From NCBI GenBank assembly GCA_963753095.1, contig CAVWBC010000009.1, forward strand, positions 35,417 through 99,416: a DNA stretch of 64,000 bases, written 5' to 3'. Position numbers and translations under genes: made by a program. The notes below the pieces were generated by a model. The model searched no databases. It had not been told where the DNA came from and saw only the letters and a program-made list of their open reading frames with translations. Within the stretch, counting starts at the first letter, position 1. Each line of letters begins with the position of its first letter. Shown here one piece after another: positions 1 to 13,796 of the stretch. The stretch comes from an uncultured Actinomycetota bacterium (GTDB lineage Bacteria; Actinomycetota; Actinomycetes; Mycobacteriales; Mycobacteriaceae).

Positions 1-464
1 TGACCGATCTGCCCTTCGAATGCGGCGATCGAGGCGGTGTTGATGATGACGCCGCGCTCCTCGTCCTCGGGCTCGTTGGTGCTCATGTGCGCGGCGGCCA
101 GCCGGCTGATGTTGAAGCTGGCGACCAGATTCAGGTCGATCGTGCTGCGGAAGGTCTCCAGGCTGTGCGGGCCGTTCTTGGACAGCGTGCGCTCGGCGAC
201 GCCGCCGCCGGCGGTGGTCAGCACCACGTGCAGGCCGCCCAGGGCGTCGACTGCCGACTGCAGCGCGGCCTCGGTGCCCGCGAAGTCGGTGACATCGACG
301 GTGAAGAACTTCCCGCCGACGCCGTCGGCGACCTCCTTGCCGTCGGAGCCCTCGCGGTCGAGGATCGCCACGCTGGCACCGCGGGAGGCGAGAAGCTCCG
401 CGCTCGCCCGCCCGAAGCCGGACGCGCCGCCGACCACGACCACCTTCTTGCCCGAGATCTCCAT
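1..464 (-). CDS. SDR family oxidoreductase (3-hydroxyacyl-CoA dehydrogenase type 2-like), 3' end runs off window
   Basis: Read manually: ATG at 464, MEISGKKVVVVGGASGFGRASAELLASRGASVAILDRE (Rossmann GxxxGxG), later VINTASIAAFEGQIGQ; AGGAG RBS upstream. Not in the ORF track. Confidence 0.9.
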   Translation of the reverse strand, partial: MEISGKKVVVVGGASGFGRASAELLASRGASVAILDREGSDGKEVADGVGGKFFTVDVTDFAGTEAALQSAVDALGGLHVVLTTAGGGVAERTLSKNGPHSLETFRSTIDLNLVASFNISRLAAAHMSTNEPEDEERGVIINTASIAAFEGQIG

Positions 465-600
465 CCGAACCTCCTGTCGCTGCTGCGGGCGACCGGCAGC
501 CGCCCAAACCGGTACGGACGTTACCGCTCGTCATCGAATGGTCATCGGCGCGGGTGCCAACCTCGGCGAATACGCCGCCGGACGCGGGTAGGTTGTCGGC

Positions 601-2160
601 ATGGCGCCACTTTCACCGGGCTTGCGCATGGGTGCCGGTGTGGCGGCCGCCGCGGTGGCCGTGGGTGTCGCTCAGCTGGTCGCCACGTTGTTCTCCCCCG
701 CCGCCGACGTGCGCACCGCCGTCGGCACCGCCGTCATCAATCTCACGCCCGGGCCGGTCAAGGAGTGGGCGATCCAGACGTTCGGTACCGCCGACAAGCT
801 GTTCCTGTCGGTGATGGTGCTCGTCGTGATCGCCGTCCTGGCGGCCGTCGCCGCGCTGTGGGAGCCGTCAAGGATGTTGGGCACCGTCGCGATCGTGGCC
901 GGGGCCGGGGTCGGGTGCGTCGCCGTGCTGGCCCGGCCGGCGGCGGGGCTCGCCGACATCATCCCGACGCTGATCGGTGCCGGCTGCGGCCTCGCAGTGC
1001 TGCGGCTGCTGACCTCGGGCCGCATCACCGATGGCGCTTCCGGCAAGGCTGCCGACGGGGCTGCCGAGGAGGACACCGAGCGGGCCGGGGTCGACCCGGG
1101 CCGCCGGCTCTCGCTGGTGACGTTGGGCTTCGTCGGGCTGGGGCTGCTGTCCGGGGTGGCCGGCGTGGTGCTCACGCGCCGGTTCCGCACGGTGGAAGGT
1201 GACCGCGACAGCTTCGCGCTGCCCACGCCGAAGACTCCTGCGCCCCCGGTTCCCGCCGACGTCACCCCGAAGGGCGTGGCGCTGCCGAGCTTCATCACCA
1301 GCAACGAAGACTTCTACCGGATCGACACCGCCCTGAGTGTGCCCCAGGTGGCGCGTGCCGATTGGCGGTTGCGCATCCACGGGATGGTCGACCACGAGGC
1401 GGTGTACAGCTTCGCCGATCTGCAGAAGTTCGAGCCCATCGAGAAGACGGTGACACTGACCTGCGTGTCCAACCCGGTGGGCGGCAACTTGATCTCCAAT
1501 GCCACCTGGACCGGTTATCGCGTACGGGACATCCTGCGCGACAGCGGGATTCATCCCGACGCCGACATGGTGCTGTCCACCTCGGTCGACGGTTTCACCG
1601 CCGGCACGCCGGTCGAGGCACTCACCGACGGCCGGGATTCCCTGCTCGCGGTCGGAATGAACGGTGCGCCGCTGCCGGTGGAGCACGGCTACCCCGCGCG
1701 GCTGGTGGTGCCGGGCCTGTACGGCTACGTCTCGGCCACCAAGTGGGTCGTCGACCTGGAACTGACCCGCTTCGACCGGGCCGAGGCGTACTGGACCAAG
1801 CTGGGCTGGTCGGAGCGCGGGCCGATCAAGACCGAGTCGCGCATCGACGTACCCCGCGACGGCCAGGAGGTCGCGAAGGGCCCGGTCACCTTCGGCGGCG
1901 TCGCGTGGGCGCAGAACCGCGGTGTCAAGGGTGTCGAGGTGAAGATCGACGACGGGCCGTGGCAGCCCGCCCAACTCGGGGCGTCCTACTCCAAGGACAC
2001 CTGGCGGTTGTGGAGCTTCGGCTGGGATGCCACCCCGGGTGCGCACACCATCACCGCCCGCGCCACCGACGCCACCGGCGCGGTGCAGACCGAGGATCAG
2101 AATCCGCCTGTTCCCGACGGCGCGACAGGATGGCCCTCGGTCTCGTTCGACGTCAGGTGA
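601..2160 (+). CDS. Membrane-anchored molybdopterin-dependent oxidoreductase (sulfite oxidase family)
   Basis: N-terminal TM helices; TLTCVSN (Mo-ligand Cys); [21 protein letters not shown]; C-terminal Ig-like dimerisation domain. Confidence 0.88.
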   Translation: MAPLSPGLRMGAGVAAAAVAVGVAQLVATLFSPAADVRTAVGTAVINLTPGPVKEWAIQTFGTADKLFLSVMVLVVIAVLAAVAALWEPSRMLGTVAIVAGAGVGCVAVLARPAAGLADIIPTLIGAGCGLAVLRLLTSGRITDGASGKAADGAAEEDTERAGVDPGRRLSLVTLGFVGLGLLSGVAGVVLTRRFRTVEGDRDSFALPTPKTPAPPVPADVTPKGVALPSFITSNEDFYRIDTALSVPQVARADWRLRIHGMVDHEAVYSFADLQKFEPIEKTVTLTCVSNPVGGNLISNATWTGYRVRDILRDSGIHPDADMVLSTSVDGFTAGTPVEALTDGRDSLLAVGMNGAPLPVEHGYPARLVVPGLYGYVSATKWVVDLELTRFDRAEAYWTKLGWSERGPIKTESRIDVPRDGQEVAKGPVTFGGVAWAQNRGVKGVEVKIDDGPWQPAQLGASYSKDTWRLWSFGWDATPGAHTITARATDATGAVQTEDQNPPVPDGATGWPSVSFDVR

Positions 2161-2170
2161 GCGCTCGCCC

Positions 2171-3715
2171 ATGTTGCTCGCCGACGTCGTAGCCACCTCC
2201 ACCGACGTCGGCGCGGCGTCGGCCCGGCTGGCCAAGATCGGGCATATCGCCGAGTTGTTGACGCGCTCGGCCGTCGACCCACGGCAGGTCGCCGTCATCG
2301 TCTCCTGGCTCTCCGGTGAGCTGCCCCAGCGCCAGATCGGCGTCGGCTGGGCGGCGCTGCGCACGCTGCCCGCACCGGCGGACGAGCCGACGCTGACCGT
2401 GACCGACGTCGACGCGGCGTTCACCGAGATCGGCGCGGTAGCAGGCAAGGGCTCGCAGGCCCGGCGACAGGAACTCCTCGCCGCCCTGTTCGCCGCGGCC
2501 ACCGCCGGCGAGCAACAGTTCCTGCGCCGCCTGCTCAGCGGCGAACTGCGCCAGGGTGCGCTGGCCGGCCTGATGAGCGAGGCGGTGGCACGGGCGGCGG
2601 ACCTGCCCGCGGCGTCGGTGCGCCGGGCTGCGATGCTCGGCGGTGCCCTGCCCGGCGTTGCCGCGGCCGCACTCACCGGCGGGGCCGCCGCGCTCGCCGA
2701 CTTCGCGCTGCAGGTGGGCCGGCCGGTCGGGCCGATGCTGGCCCAGACGGCGACCGGTGTCGACGACGCGCTCCAGCGCCTCGGCGGCGAGGCGGTCTTC
2801 GAGGCCAAACTCGACGGCGCCCGCGTCCAGATCCACCGCCGCGGCGACGACGTGAGCGTTTACACCCGCAGCCTCGACGACGTGACCGCGCGGCTGCCCG
2901 AGGTGGTCGAGGCGACGCTGGCCCTTCCGGTCACCGACCTCATCGCCGACGGCGAGGCGATCGCCCTGCGGGCCGACCTGCGCCCGCACCGGTTTCAAGT
3001 GACCGCGTCGCGGTTCGGCCGCTCCGTCGACGTCGCCGCGGCGCGGGCGGCGCAACCGTTGTCGGTGTTCTTCTTCGACATCCTGCATCTCGACGGCACC
3101 GATCTTCTCGACGAACCCACCCACGCCCGCGCCGCCGCGCTGGAGCGCATCGTGCCGCCGCAGCACCGGGTCGACCGGCTGGTGACCTCTGAAACCCTTG
3201 CGGCACAGCAGTTCCTGGACATCACCCTGGCGGCGGGCCACGAAGGTGTGATGGCCAAGTCCCTGTCGGCGCCGTACGAGGCCGGTCGCCGCGGCGCGGG
3301 CTGGTTGAAAGTCAAACCGGTGCACACCCTGGATCTGGTCGTGCTGGCCGTCGAGTGGGGCTCCGGGCGGCGCACCGGCAAGCTCTCCAACATCCATCTC
3401 GGCGCCCGCGATCCGGCCGGCGGCGGATTCGTGATGCTGGGCAAGACGTTCAAGGGCATGACCGACACGATGCTGGACTGGCAGACGGTCCGATTCACCG
3501 AACTGGCGACCGGCGGCCTTGACTCCTACGTGGTGACGGTGCGCCCGGAGCAGGTCGTCGAGATCGCCTTCGACGGTGTGCAGCGCTCGAGCCGCTACCC
3601 CGGCGGCATGGCGTTGCGGTTCGCACGGGTGCTGCGTTACCGCGACGACAAGAGTCCCGCCGAGGCCGACACCATCGACACCGTGCGCGCCTTCTACGAG
3701 TTGGGCGGACCCTAG
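2171..3715 (+). CDS. ligB: ATP-dependent DNA ligase LigB
   Basis: Motif [34 protein letters not shown]; start MLLADVV at ATG 2171; upstream of cstA as in M. tuberculosis. Confidence 0.93.
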   Translation: MLLADVVATSTDVGAASARLAKIGHIAELLTRSAVDPRQVAVIVSWLSGELPQRQIGVGWAALRTLPAPADEPTLTVTDVDAAFTEIGAVAGKGSQARRQELLAALFAAATAGEQQFLRRLLSGELRQGALAGLMSEAVARAADLPAASVRRAAMLGGALPGVAAAALTGGAAALADFALQVGRPVGPMLAQTATGVDDALQRLGGEAVFEAKLDGARVQIHRRGDDVSVYTRSLDDVTARLPEVVEATLALPVTDLIADGEAIALRADLRPHRFQVTASRFGRSVDVAAARAAQPLSVFFFDILHLDGTDLLDEPTHARAAALERIVPPQHRVDRLVTSETLAAQQFLDITLAAGHEGVMAKSLSAPYEAGRRGAGWLKVKPVHTLDLVVLAVEWGSGRRTGKLSNIHLGARDPAGGGFVMLGKTFKGMTDTMLDWQTVRFTELATGGLDSYVVTVRPEQVVEIAFDGVQRSSRYPGGMALRFARVLRYRDDKSPAEADTIDTVRAFYELGGP

Positions 3716-4989
3716 ACCCGCGCGAATTCCGCTGTGCCGCGCTCGAATTCGGCCAGCATATCGGCGGTCAGGGTCGGCCGGATCACACCGATCGCTTCGA
3801 GATAGTCCTCAGTGGTGGCCGGATCGCCGCGGCCGTCCCGCATCTCCCGCTCGAAGGCGGCCTGCGCCCCCTTGCGGGCGGCGAACTCGATGTCGGCGGG
3901 GGTGAAGAACTCGGATGCGCCGACCAGGCGGTCGACGTCGACATACACACACGCCTTGCCGAGGTAGCGCTGCCACACCGCGCGGCGCGCGGGCTGATCG
4001 GGCGGGCCGACCGGGATCACGTAGTCGAACCGGCCGGGCCGCAGGAACGCCGAGTCCAGCGAGTGCACGGCGTTGGTGGCGCACACCAGCAGCCGGCTGT
4101 CCTTCTGCCGGAACGCCGGAATCAGTTTCAGCAGTTCGTTGGTGACGCCGAGTTCGGTCGTCGTCGCACCCGAACGTGCGGTGGCGATCTCCTCGACCTC
4201 GTCGATGAACAGCACCACCTCGTCGAGCTCGGCCAGCTCGGCGAACGCCTCACGCAGCGACGCGGCCAGGCCGCCGTTGCTGGTCGCCGCCAGCCGGGAT
4301 GGGAACAGCTCCACGAACGGCCAGCCCAGCCGCGAGGAGATCGCCTTGGCGAAGCTGGTCTTGCCGGTACCGGGCGGCCCGAACAGGATCACCGCCTTCG
4401 GCGGCTGCACGCCGTAGCGTTCGGCGACGTCGGGGTGCGCCAACGGGTCGACGATGCGCCGCTCGATGATCTGCTTTTCCTGCTCCATGCCGGCCATCTC
4501 GTTGAACAGGCCGGGCGGCAGGATCTGGCCGCCGAGTTCGTCGAGCAGGTTCGCCTGGTCCAGCCCCAGGTGTTCGAGCATCTCGTAATAGACGAGCCCG
4601 TCGCGCCGGACGTAGCCGGAGTTCTCCATCGCCGCGGCACCCACCGCCCCGTCGGGCAGCACCGCACAGATCCGGCGCACCCCCTGCGAACGCAGCCGGC
4701 GTTCCAGATCACCGAGCAGGGCGCTGCCGATGCCGCGATGGCGCCACCGGGACCCCAACGCCACCAGCTGGATCCAGGCCCGCTCGCCCTGCGTCTGGGC
4801 CACCGCCATGCCGACCACTTCGCCGCCGACCTCGGCCACCACCGCGGGCTGGCCGGCCCGCGCCGCCGCCATCACCTCGGCGACGGTGAACACCGGCTCG
4901 GTCGAACCCGGGTGCCGGCTCTGGTCCCAGACCTGGATAGCTTGGTCCAGATCCTCGTCGTGGTAGTCGCGCAATCGCCACGGTGGCAT
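3712..4989 (-). CDS. GNAT acetyltransferase - AAA+ ATPase fusion protein
   Basis: N-terminal [10 protein letters not shown] acetyl-CoA motif A; C-terminal Walker A GPPGTGKT, Walker B VLFIDE, SRH ATN...FLRPGRFD. Confidence 0.88.
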   Translation of the reverse strand: MPPWRLRDYHDEDLDQAIQVWDQSRHPGSTEPVFTVAEVMAAARAGQPAVVAEVGGEVVGMAVAQTQGERAWIQLVALGSRWRHRGIGSALLGDLERRLRSQGVRRICAVLPDGAVGAAAMENSGYVRRDGLVYYEMLEHLGLDQANLLDELGGQILPPGLFNEMAGMEQEKQIIERRIVDPLAHPDVAERYGVQPPKAVILFGPPGTGKTSFAKAISSRLGWPFVELFPSRLAATSNGGLAASLREAFAELAELDEVVLFIDEVEEIATARSGATTTELGVTNELLKLIPAFRQKDSRLLVCATNAVHSLDSAFLRPGRFDYVIPVGPPDQPARRAVWQRYLGKACVYVDVDRLVGASEFFTPADIEFAARKGAQAAFEREMRDGRGDPATTEDYLEAIGVIRPTLTADMLAEFERGTAEFARV

Positions 4990-5167
4990 CGTCCACCTCC
5001 TCCGGTGTCGCGCGAAGCCTTCCGCAACGAACTGCCGGCGGCATCCCCCGATCGGTGGTTTTCAGGTGTGGGCCCAGATTTTCCGGCCGTCCACGGCCGC
5101 GGCCGTGTCGGTGAGTGAAAGGATCACGACGACACCGACAATCCGCGCCGACGATAGGGAGAACGCC

Positions 5168-7462
5168 GTGGCCAGGCCCACCGCAGCGCCGCCGGAAGGC
5201 ATCCGGGAGACCACCGGAGACATCACCCTGATCCGCACCGATACCGACCTGCCGCCGGTGGCCGTCATCGACCGGTCCCCGATCACCGTCCGGCACCGAC
5301 TGGCGTTCGGTGCGGTCGCGGTGCTGGGTGCCATCGCCTGGGCGGTCATCGCGTTCTTCCGCGGCGAAACGGTGAACGCGGTGTGGTTCGTCATCGCCGC
5401 CGTGTGCTCGTACGTCATCGCGTTCCGGTTCTATGCGCGCCTGGTCGAGATGAAGATCGTCCGCCCGCGCGACGAGCACGCCACGCCGGCCGAGATCCTG
5501 GAGAACGGCACCGACTACATGCCGACCGACCGGCGGGTGCTGTTCGGCCACCACTTCGCGGCGATCGCCGGGGCGGGTCCGCTGGTCGGCCCGGTCCTGG
5601 CCATCCAGATGGGCTATCTACCCGGCACCATCTGGATCGTCGTCGGAGCCGTGTTCGCCGGCTGTGTGCAGGACTACCTGGTGCTGGCGATCTCCACCCG
5701 CCGCCGCGGGCGCTCGCTGGGACAGATGGCCCGCGACGAGTTGGGCGTCGTCGGCGGCGTGGCGGCGATCGTCGGCGTGCTGGTCATCATGGTGATCCTG
5801 CTGGCCGTGCTGGCTCTGGTGGTGGTCGGCGCGCTCGCCGAAAGCCCGTGGGGCGTGTTCTCCATCGCGATGACCATTCCGATCGCGATCTTCATGGGGC
5901 TGTACCTCCGATTCTTCCGCCCGGGGCGGATCTCCGAGGTGTCGCTGATCGGGGTGGTCCTGCTGCTGCTGGCCGTGGCGTCCGGCGGCTGGGTCGCCGG
6001 AACCGATTGGGGCACCGAGTGGTTCACGCTGTCCAAGATCACGCTGTCGTGGTGCATCATCATCTACGGCCTGGCCGCATCGGTGCTGCCGGTGTGGTTG
6101 CTGCTGGCTCCGCGCGACTATCTCTCGACGTTCATGAAAGTGGGCACGATCGGCCTGCTCGCCGTGGGCATCGTGGCGGCCCGGCCGATCATGGAGGCGC
6201 CGGCCCTGTCGCAGTTCGCCAAGTCCGGGACCGGCCCGGTCTTCGCGGGTTCGCTGTTCCCGTTCCTGTTCATCACCATCGCCTGCGGCGCGCTGTCGGG
6301 TTTCCACTCGCTGATCTCCTCGGGCACCACACCGAAGCTGCTGGAGAAGGAAAGCCAGATGCGGCTGATCGGCTACGGCGGCATGCTGACCGAGTCGTTC
6401 GTGGCCATTACCGCACTGATCACCGCCGCCATCCTCAACCAGCATCTGTACTTCGCGATCAACGCCCCGGCCGCCGCCACCGGCGCCACGGCCGAGACCG
6501 CCGCGGCGTACGTCAACAAGCTCGGCCTGTCCGGCCCGGCGATCACCCCGGCCGAGATCAGTGAGGCCGCCCGCAGCGTCGGCGAAGAGTCGATCGTGTC
6601 CCGCACCGGCGGCGCCCCGACCCTGGCGTTCGGCATGTCCGAGGTGCTGAGCCAGGTGTTCGGCGGTAATGCGTTGAAGGCCTTCTGGTATCACTTCGCG
6701 ATCATGTTCGAGGCCTTGTTCATCCTGACCACCGTCGACGCCGGCACCCGGGTCGCCCGCTTCATGCTCTCCGACGCTCTCGGGAACCTCGGCGGGCCGC
6801 TGGACCGGCTGCGCAACCCGAGCTGGCGACTCGGGGCGTGGCTGTGCAGCATCGTCGTGGTCGCCGCGTGGGGCAGCATCCTGTTGATGGGTGTCACCGA
6901 TCCGCTGGGCGGGATCAACACGCTGTTCCCGTTGTTCGGTATCGCCAACCAGTTGCTCGCCGCGATCGCGCTCACGGTCGTCACCGTGGTCGTCATCAAG
7001 AAGGGCCTGCTGAAATGGGCCTGGATTCCCGGCGTTCCGCTGCTGTGGGATCTGATCGTCACGTTGACCGCGTCATGGCAGAAGATCTTCTCCGGTGATC
7101 CCAAGCTCGGCTACTGGACCCAGCACTTCCAGTACCGCAATGCGCAGGAGGCCGGCAAGACGGCGTTCGGCTCGGCCAAGAACCCCGAACAGCTCAGCGC
7201 CGTCATCCGCAACACCTTCATCCAGGGCACGCTGTCGATCGTGTTCGCACTGCTGGTGATCGTGGTGGTCGCCGCCGCGATCGTGGTGGCGCTGCGGGCG
7301 ATTCGCGGAGCCGGGCGCCCGCTGGCCGAGGACGAAACCGTGCCGTCGCGAATCTTCGGCCCATCGGGCCTGATCGCCACCCCCGCGGAGAGGGAGGTGC
7401 AGAAGCAATGGGACGAGCTACCGTCATCGCACGCCAAATCCGTTGGTACATCGGCACATTGA
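5168..7462 (+). CDS. cstA: Carbon starvation protein A (CstA peptide/pyruvate transporter)
   Basis: VLFGHHFAAIAGAGPLVGP, LLAPRDYLSTFMK, GGAPTLA; many TM helices; GTG 5168 after GGGAG. Confidence 0.93.
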   Translation: MARPTAAPPEGIRETTGDITLIRTDTDLPPVAVIDRSPITVRHRLAFGAVAVLGAIAWAVIAFFRGETVNAVWFVIAAVCSYVIAFRFYARLVEMKIVRPRDEHATPAEILENGTDYMPTDRRVLFGHHFAAIAGAGPLVGPVLAIQMGYLPGTIWIVVGAVFAGCVQDYLVLAISTRRRGRSLGQMARDELGVVGGVAAIVGVLVIMVILLAVLALVVVGALAESPWGVFSIAMTIPIAIFMGLYLRFFRPGRISEVSLIGVVLLLLAVASGGWVAGTDWGTEWFTLSKITLSWCIIIYGLAASVLPVWLLLAPRDYLSTFMKVGTIGLLAVGIVAARPIMEAPALSQFAKSGTGPVFAGSLFPFLFITIACGALSGFHSLISSGTTPKLLEKESQMRLIGYGGMLTESFVAITALITAAILNQHLYFAINAPAAATGATAETAAAYVNKLGLSGPAITPAEISEAARSVGEESIVSRTGGAPTLAFGMSEVLSQVFGGNALKAFWYHFAIMFEALFILTTVDAGTRVARFMLSDALGNLGGPLDRLRNPSWRLGAWLCSIVVVAAWGSILLMGVTDPLGGINTLFPLFGIANQLLAAIALTVVTVVVIKKGLLKWAWIPGVPLLWDLIVTLTASWQKIFSGDPKLGYWTQHFQYRNAQEAGKTAFGSAKNPEQLSAVIRNTFIQGTLSIVFALLVIVVVAAAIVVALRAIRGAGRPLAEDETVPSRIFGPSGLIATPAEREVQKQWDELPSSHAKSVGTSAH

Positions 7463-7599
7463 TGGGTGATACCCACTACCGGCGATACGTCGAGCACCGC
7501 GGCCGAACCCATCCCGGCGAGCCGGTGCTCAGCGAGCGGGACTACTGGAAGATGCGCCACCACGCCACCGAGACCAGCCCGAACCCGCGCTGCTGCTAG
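7408..7599 (+). CDS. YbdD/YjiX family CstA-associated small protein
   Basis: MGDTHYRRYVEH...HPGEPVLSERDYW...PRCC; overlaps the cstA 3' end. Confidence 0.85.
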   Translation: MGRATVIARQIRWYIGTLMGDTHYRRYVEHRGRTHPGEPVLSERDYWKMRHHATETSPNPRCC

Positions 7600-7603
7600 C
7601 CGC

Positions 7604-7659
7604 CGACAGTAACGCCACGGCGGAAATCGACGTCGAGAACCGCCATGAGGTTACTGTCG
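7604..7659. repeat. REP-like imperfect palindrome between convergent genes
   Basis: CGACAGTAAC...GGCGG...CCGCC...GTTACTGTCG inverted arms. Confidence 0.65.
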
Positions 7660-7666
7660 TGAACGC

Positions 7667-8285
7667 TCAGCCGGTGACCACCGCATCGCAGAACTGCCGC
7701 GTCGTCGCGATCAGCCGGGCGTTGGGCTCATCGACATCGTCGGCCCACGCCGCGGCGGCCTGCGGGGTACGGCCGCCCTCGATGTGCCGCGCCACCAACC
7801 GTTCCCGCCGAACCTCCGTCGGGCAGTCGACGTAGTAGAGCCGGTCCAACAGTTCCCGCACCAGGGCCCACTCCCCCTCGGGTAGAGCCAGGTAGTTGCC
7901 CTCGGTGATCACCAGCCGGGATTCGGCCGGCGACCACGAGGCCCGCGGCCACCGGCTCGTCGAGGCCGCGGTCGAAGTCGGGCACGTAGACGTCGCGGCC
8001 GGCGTAGTCGGTGCGCACCCGGTGCAGCGTCGCCACGTAACCGGCGGCGTCGAAGGTGTCCGCCGCCCCCTTGCGGTCGCGGCGGCCCAGCCGGTCCAGC
8101 TGGGCGTTGGACAGGTGGAAGCCGTCCATCGGCACGATAGGACGCCCGCTCGACCGGGCGCGGCAGCGCCCGCGCCAGCGTCGACTTGCCCGCGCCCGGC
8201 GGCCCGGTGAGACCGACGAGCAGCCGTCCGGGGCCGGCGTCGAGCAGTGCCGTCACTTCTGACGCACAAAGTCCGCTGCGGTCAT
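7667..8285 (-). CDS. P-loop nucleoside/pantothenate-type kinase (FrcK/YggC-like), frameshifted in this sequence
   Basis: Pieces in three frames: GLTGPPGAGKST, MDGFHLSN...RKGAADTFD, LVITEGNYL...RRERLVARH. Confidence 0.8.
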
Positions 8286-8372
8286 GGGGTTTCGCCGGCA
8301 GTAACTGATGGCTAATCGCCTCCGATAACTTCCATGGGTCGGGAATGACCGAGACACAGAGCGGGAAATTCA

Positions 8373-10852
<2,480 letters not shown>

Positions 10853-12001
10853 ATGGACTTCAACCTCAGCAAGGAACAGGAACTGCTGCGCGACGGGCTC
10901 GGCAGGTTCCTGTCCACCCGCTACGACCTGGAGAAGAGCCGGACCGCGGCCAAGGTCGGGCCCGGGCTGGCAACCCGACATCTGGCGCGGCTTCGCCGAG
11001 GAGCTCGGGCATCCTCGGCGCCACGCTGCCGGAGTCGGTCGGCGGGATCGGCGGCGGCCCGGTCGAACTGATGGTCATCGCCGAGGAACTGGGGCGCGCG
11101 CTGGTGATCGAGCCGTACGTCGACACCGTCGTGGTCGCCGGCGGCCTGCTGCAGCGGGCGCGGCGGCGCGGCGGCCGAGGCGCTGCTGGAGCGGATCGCC
11201 GCGGGCACGGCCGTCGTCGCGGTGGCCGCCACCGAGCCGACATCGGGCGACAACTGGGCGACGTGTCGACCACAGCGGTGCGCGACGGCGACCGACTGGG
11301 TGCTGAACGGCGCCGAAGATCGTGGTGGTCAGCGCGCCGCTGGCCACCCACCTGCTGATCACCGCGCGCACCTCTGGCGACCGGCCGAGTCCGGCCGACA
11401 TCTCGCTGTTCCTGACCGAGTTCGACGCCGCCGACCCGCCGCCCGGTGTCACCGTGCACGGCTACCGGACCATCGACGACCGCCGCGCCGCGGACCTGGT
11501 TCTGAGGATCTGCGGCTGCCCGCCGACGCATTGCTCGACCGACGGCGCAGGCTGGCCTCGCTGGCGCAGGCCCGCGACGAGGGCGCCGCGGCGGTGTGCG
11601 CCGAAGCCGTCGGGGCGATGCGCAAAGTGCTCGCCGACACCGTCGAGTACTGCAAGCAGCGCCAGCAGTTCGGCCAGCCGATCGGCAGCTTCCAGGTGCT
11701 GCAGCACCGGATGGTGGACATGTACATGGAGCTCGAGCAGGCCGTCTCGGCGGTCTATCTCGCGGTGCTCAACCTCGACGCCGAGCCGCACCTCCGGGCC
11801 AGGGCGGTGTCGGCGGCCAAGGCCACGGTCGGGCGGGCGGCCCGCTTCATCGGCCAGAACGCGGTCCAGCTGCACGGCGGCATGGGCATGACCGAGGAGC
11901 TGGCCATCGGTCACTACTTCAAGCGGCTGACCGCGCTGCAGTACGAGTTCGGATCGACCGATCACCACCGAACGCGCTACGCCGCGCTCATGCGGGCCTA
12001 G
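10853..12001 (+). CDS. Acyl-CoA dehydrogenase partner subunit, multiple frameshifts
   Basis: MDFNLSKEQELLRD, RQQFGQPIGSFQVLQHR, AVQLHGGMGMTEE; abuts the preceding stop (typical paired FadE). Confidence 0.88.
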
Positions 12002-12261
12002 GTTTCGCCGGCCAACCGGGTTTACAGTCAGGGTGGCGAGGACTGGGAGAGGTTGCATTCGTGTCCACGCAAGGCGACGACCGGATGCAACCACGGTGTT
12101 AAGAAGTCAGCAACGGGTCCTGAGTCGCCGCTCCCCCGGGCGGCAACGGCCGACGGAACTTCACTCACCTCCATCGCGTTAGAAAGTCGTCATCGGCGGC
12201 CGCCTGACATCCGCGGCACCGAGGGTTTGACTGGAGTCATACGAATCGAAAGGGGTGGGGC

Positions 12262-12894
12262 ATGCTCGGGAAGATCGTGGGCGCACTGGGACAGGTCGCC
12301 GAGGCCGGGGGCTCGATCGTCGGAATCCGGGCCGGCACCGAGGAGCCCGACTTCACCGTGGAACGCAAGATCGGTGACGTCGAGATCCGTCGTTACGGCC
12401 CCAGGATCGCCGCCGAGACCACCGTCGACGCCGACGAGGAAGCCGCCCGCAACGAAGGTTTCCGGCGGCTGGCCCGCTACATCTTCGGCGGCAACAACGG
12501 CAAGGCCAAGATCGCGATGACGGCCCCCGTCGCCCAGCAGCAGAACGAGAAGATCGCGATGACCGCCCCGGTGGCCGCCCAGCGCGGGCCCGGCGACGAA
12601 TGGGTGATCCGCTTCTTCATGCCCTCGAAGTACACCCTTGACTCCCTGCCGACACCCAACGACGACGCCGTGCGACTGGTTTCGGTGCCGTCCGAGACGG
12701 TGGCGGTACTGCGGTACTCCGGGCTGATCGGCACCGACGCGGTCGAATCGCACACCCGCCAGCTGCTCGACACCTTGAAAGCCAACGGTGTCGAGACGGT
12801 CGGCGACCCGATGTCGTGGTTCTACGACCCGCCCTGGACGCTGCCGTTCCTGCGCCGCAACGAGGTCGCTGTGGGCGTTTCCGCCGCTGCGTGA
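12262..12894 (+). CDS. SOUL family heme-binding protein
   Basis: EIRRY, GFRRLARYIFGGN, KIAMTAPV, FFMPSKY, YDPPWTLPFLRRNEV. Confidence 0.9.
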   Translation: MLGKIVGALGQVAEAGGSIVGIRAGTEEPDFTVERKIGDVEIRRYGPRIAAETTVDADEEAARNEGFRRLARYIFGGNNGKAKIAMTAPVAQQQNEKIAMTAPVAAQRGPGDEWVIRFFMPSKYTLDSLPTPNDDAVRLVSVPSETVAVLRYSGLIGTDAVESHTRQLLDTLKANGVETVGDPMSWFYDPPWTLPFLRRNEVAVGVSAAA

Positions 12895-12906
12895 TTAGCT
12901 TTCCCG

Positions 12907-13785
12907 ATGGGTAAACCGCCATCGGATGACCTGACTCCGCACTTCGAGGATGTGCAGGCGCACTACGACCTGTCCGACGAGTTCTTCCAACTCTTCCTCG
13001 ATCCGACCCAGACCTACAGCTGCGCGTACTTCGAGCGCGACGACATGACGCTGGAACAGGCGCAGCTCGCCAAGATCGACCTGGCGCTGGGCAAGCTGGG
13101 CCTGCAGCCCGGGATGACACTGCTCGACGTGGGCTGCGGCTGGGGCGCCACGATGATGCGCGCGGTGGAGAAATACGACGTCAACGTCATCGGCCTGACC
13201 TTGAGCCGCAACCAGGCCACCCACGTTCAGCAGCTACTGGACGCCTCCGGCAGTTCCCGCTCCAAGCGGGTGCTGCTCGAGGGCTGGGAGAAGTTCGACG
13301 AGCCCGTCGACCGCATCGTGTCGATCGGGGCGTTCGAACACTTCGGGCACGAGCGCTACGCCAGCTTCTTCGACATGGCGTTCGATGCGCTGCCGGCCGA
13401 CGGCGTGATGCTGCTGCACACCATCACCGGGTTGCACCCCAATGAGATGGTCGAGCGCGGAATGCCGCTGTCGTTCGAGTTCGCCCGGTTCATCAAGTTC
13501 ATCCTGACCGAGATCTTCCCGGGCGGGCGGTTGCCGACCATTCCGATGGTGGAGCAACGCGCCACCGGCGCCGGCTTCGAAGTGGCCCGCGTCCAATCCC
13601 TGCAGTCGCACTACGCCCGCACTCTCGACCTGTGGGCCGAGGCGCTGGAAGCACGGCGTGACGAGGCGATCGCGATCCAGTCCGAAGTGGTCTACGACCG
13701 GTACATGAAGTACCTCACCGGCTGCGCCAAGATGTTCCGCATCGGCTACATCGACGTCAACCAGTTCACGCTGGTCAAGGGCTGA
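12907..13785 (+). CDS. Cyclopropane mycolic acid synthase family methyltransferase (CmaA/PcaA/MmaA)
   Basis: PHFEDVQAHYDLSD, TQTYSCAYF, LLDVGCGWG, RIVSIGAFEHFG, EIFPGG. Confidence 0.93.
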   Translation: MGKPPSDDLTPHFEDVQAHYDLSDEFFQLFLDPTQTYSCAYFERDDMTLEQAQLAKIDLALGKLGLQPGMTLLDVGCGWGATMMRAVEKYDVNVIGLTLSRNQATHVQQLLDASGSSRSKRVLLEGWEKFDEPVDRIVSIGAFEHFGHERYASFFDMAFDALPADGVMLLHTITGLHPNEMVERGMPLSFEFARFIKFILTEIFPGGRLPTIPMVEQRATGAGFEVARVQSLQSHYARTLDLWAEALEARRDEAIAIQSEVVYDRYMKYLTGCAKMFRIGYIDVNQFTLVKG

Positions 13786-13796
13786 CCCGCGGGGCG

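Noticed and set aside
868-2808. Long antisense/alternate-frame ORFs (also 17777-19636, 31983-33416, 51751-53595, 55631-57424)
   Set aside because: Shadow ORFs of high-GC genes; no motifs and they fully overlap well-supported CDSs
12505-12580. Duplicated KIAMTAPV segment in the SOUL protein
   Set aside because: Short internal repeat common in SOUL proteins; not a mobile or CRISPR repeat
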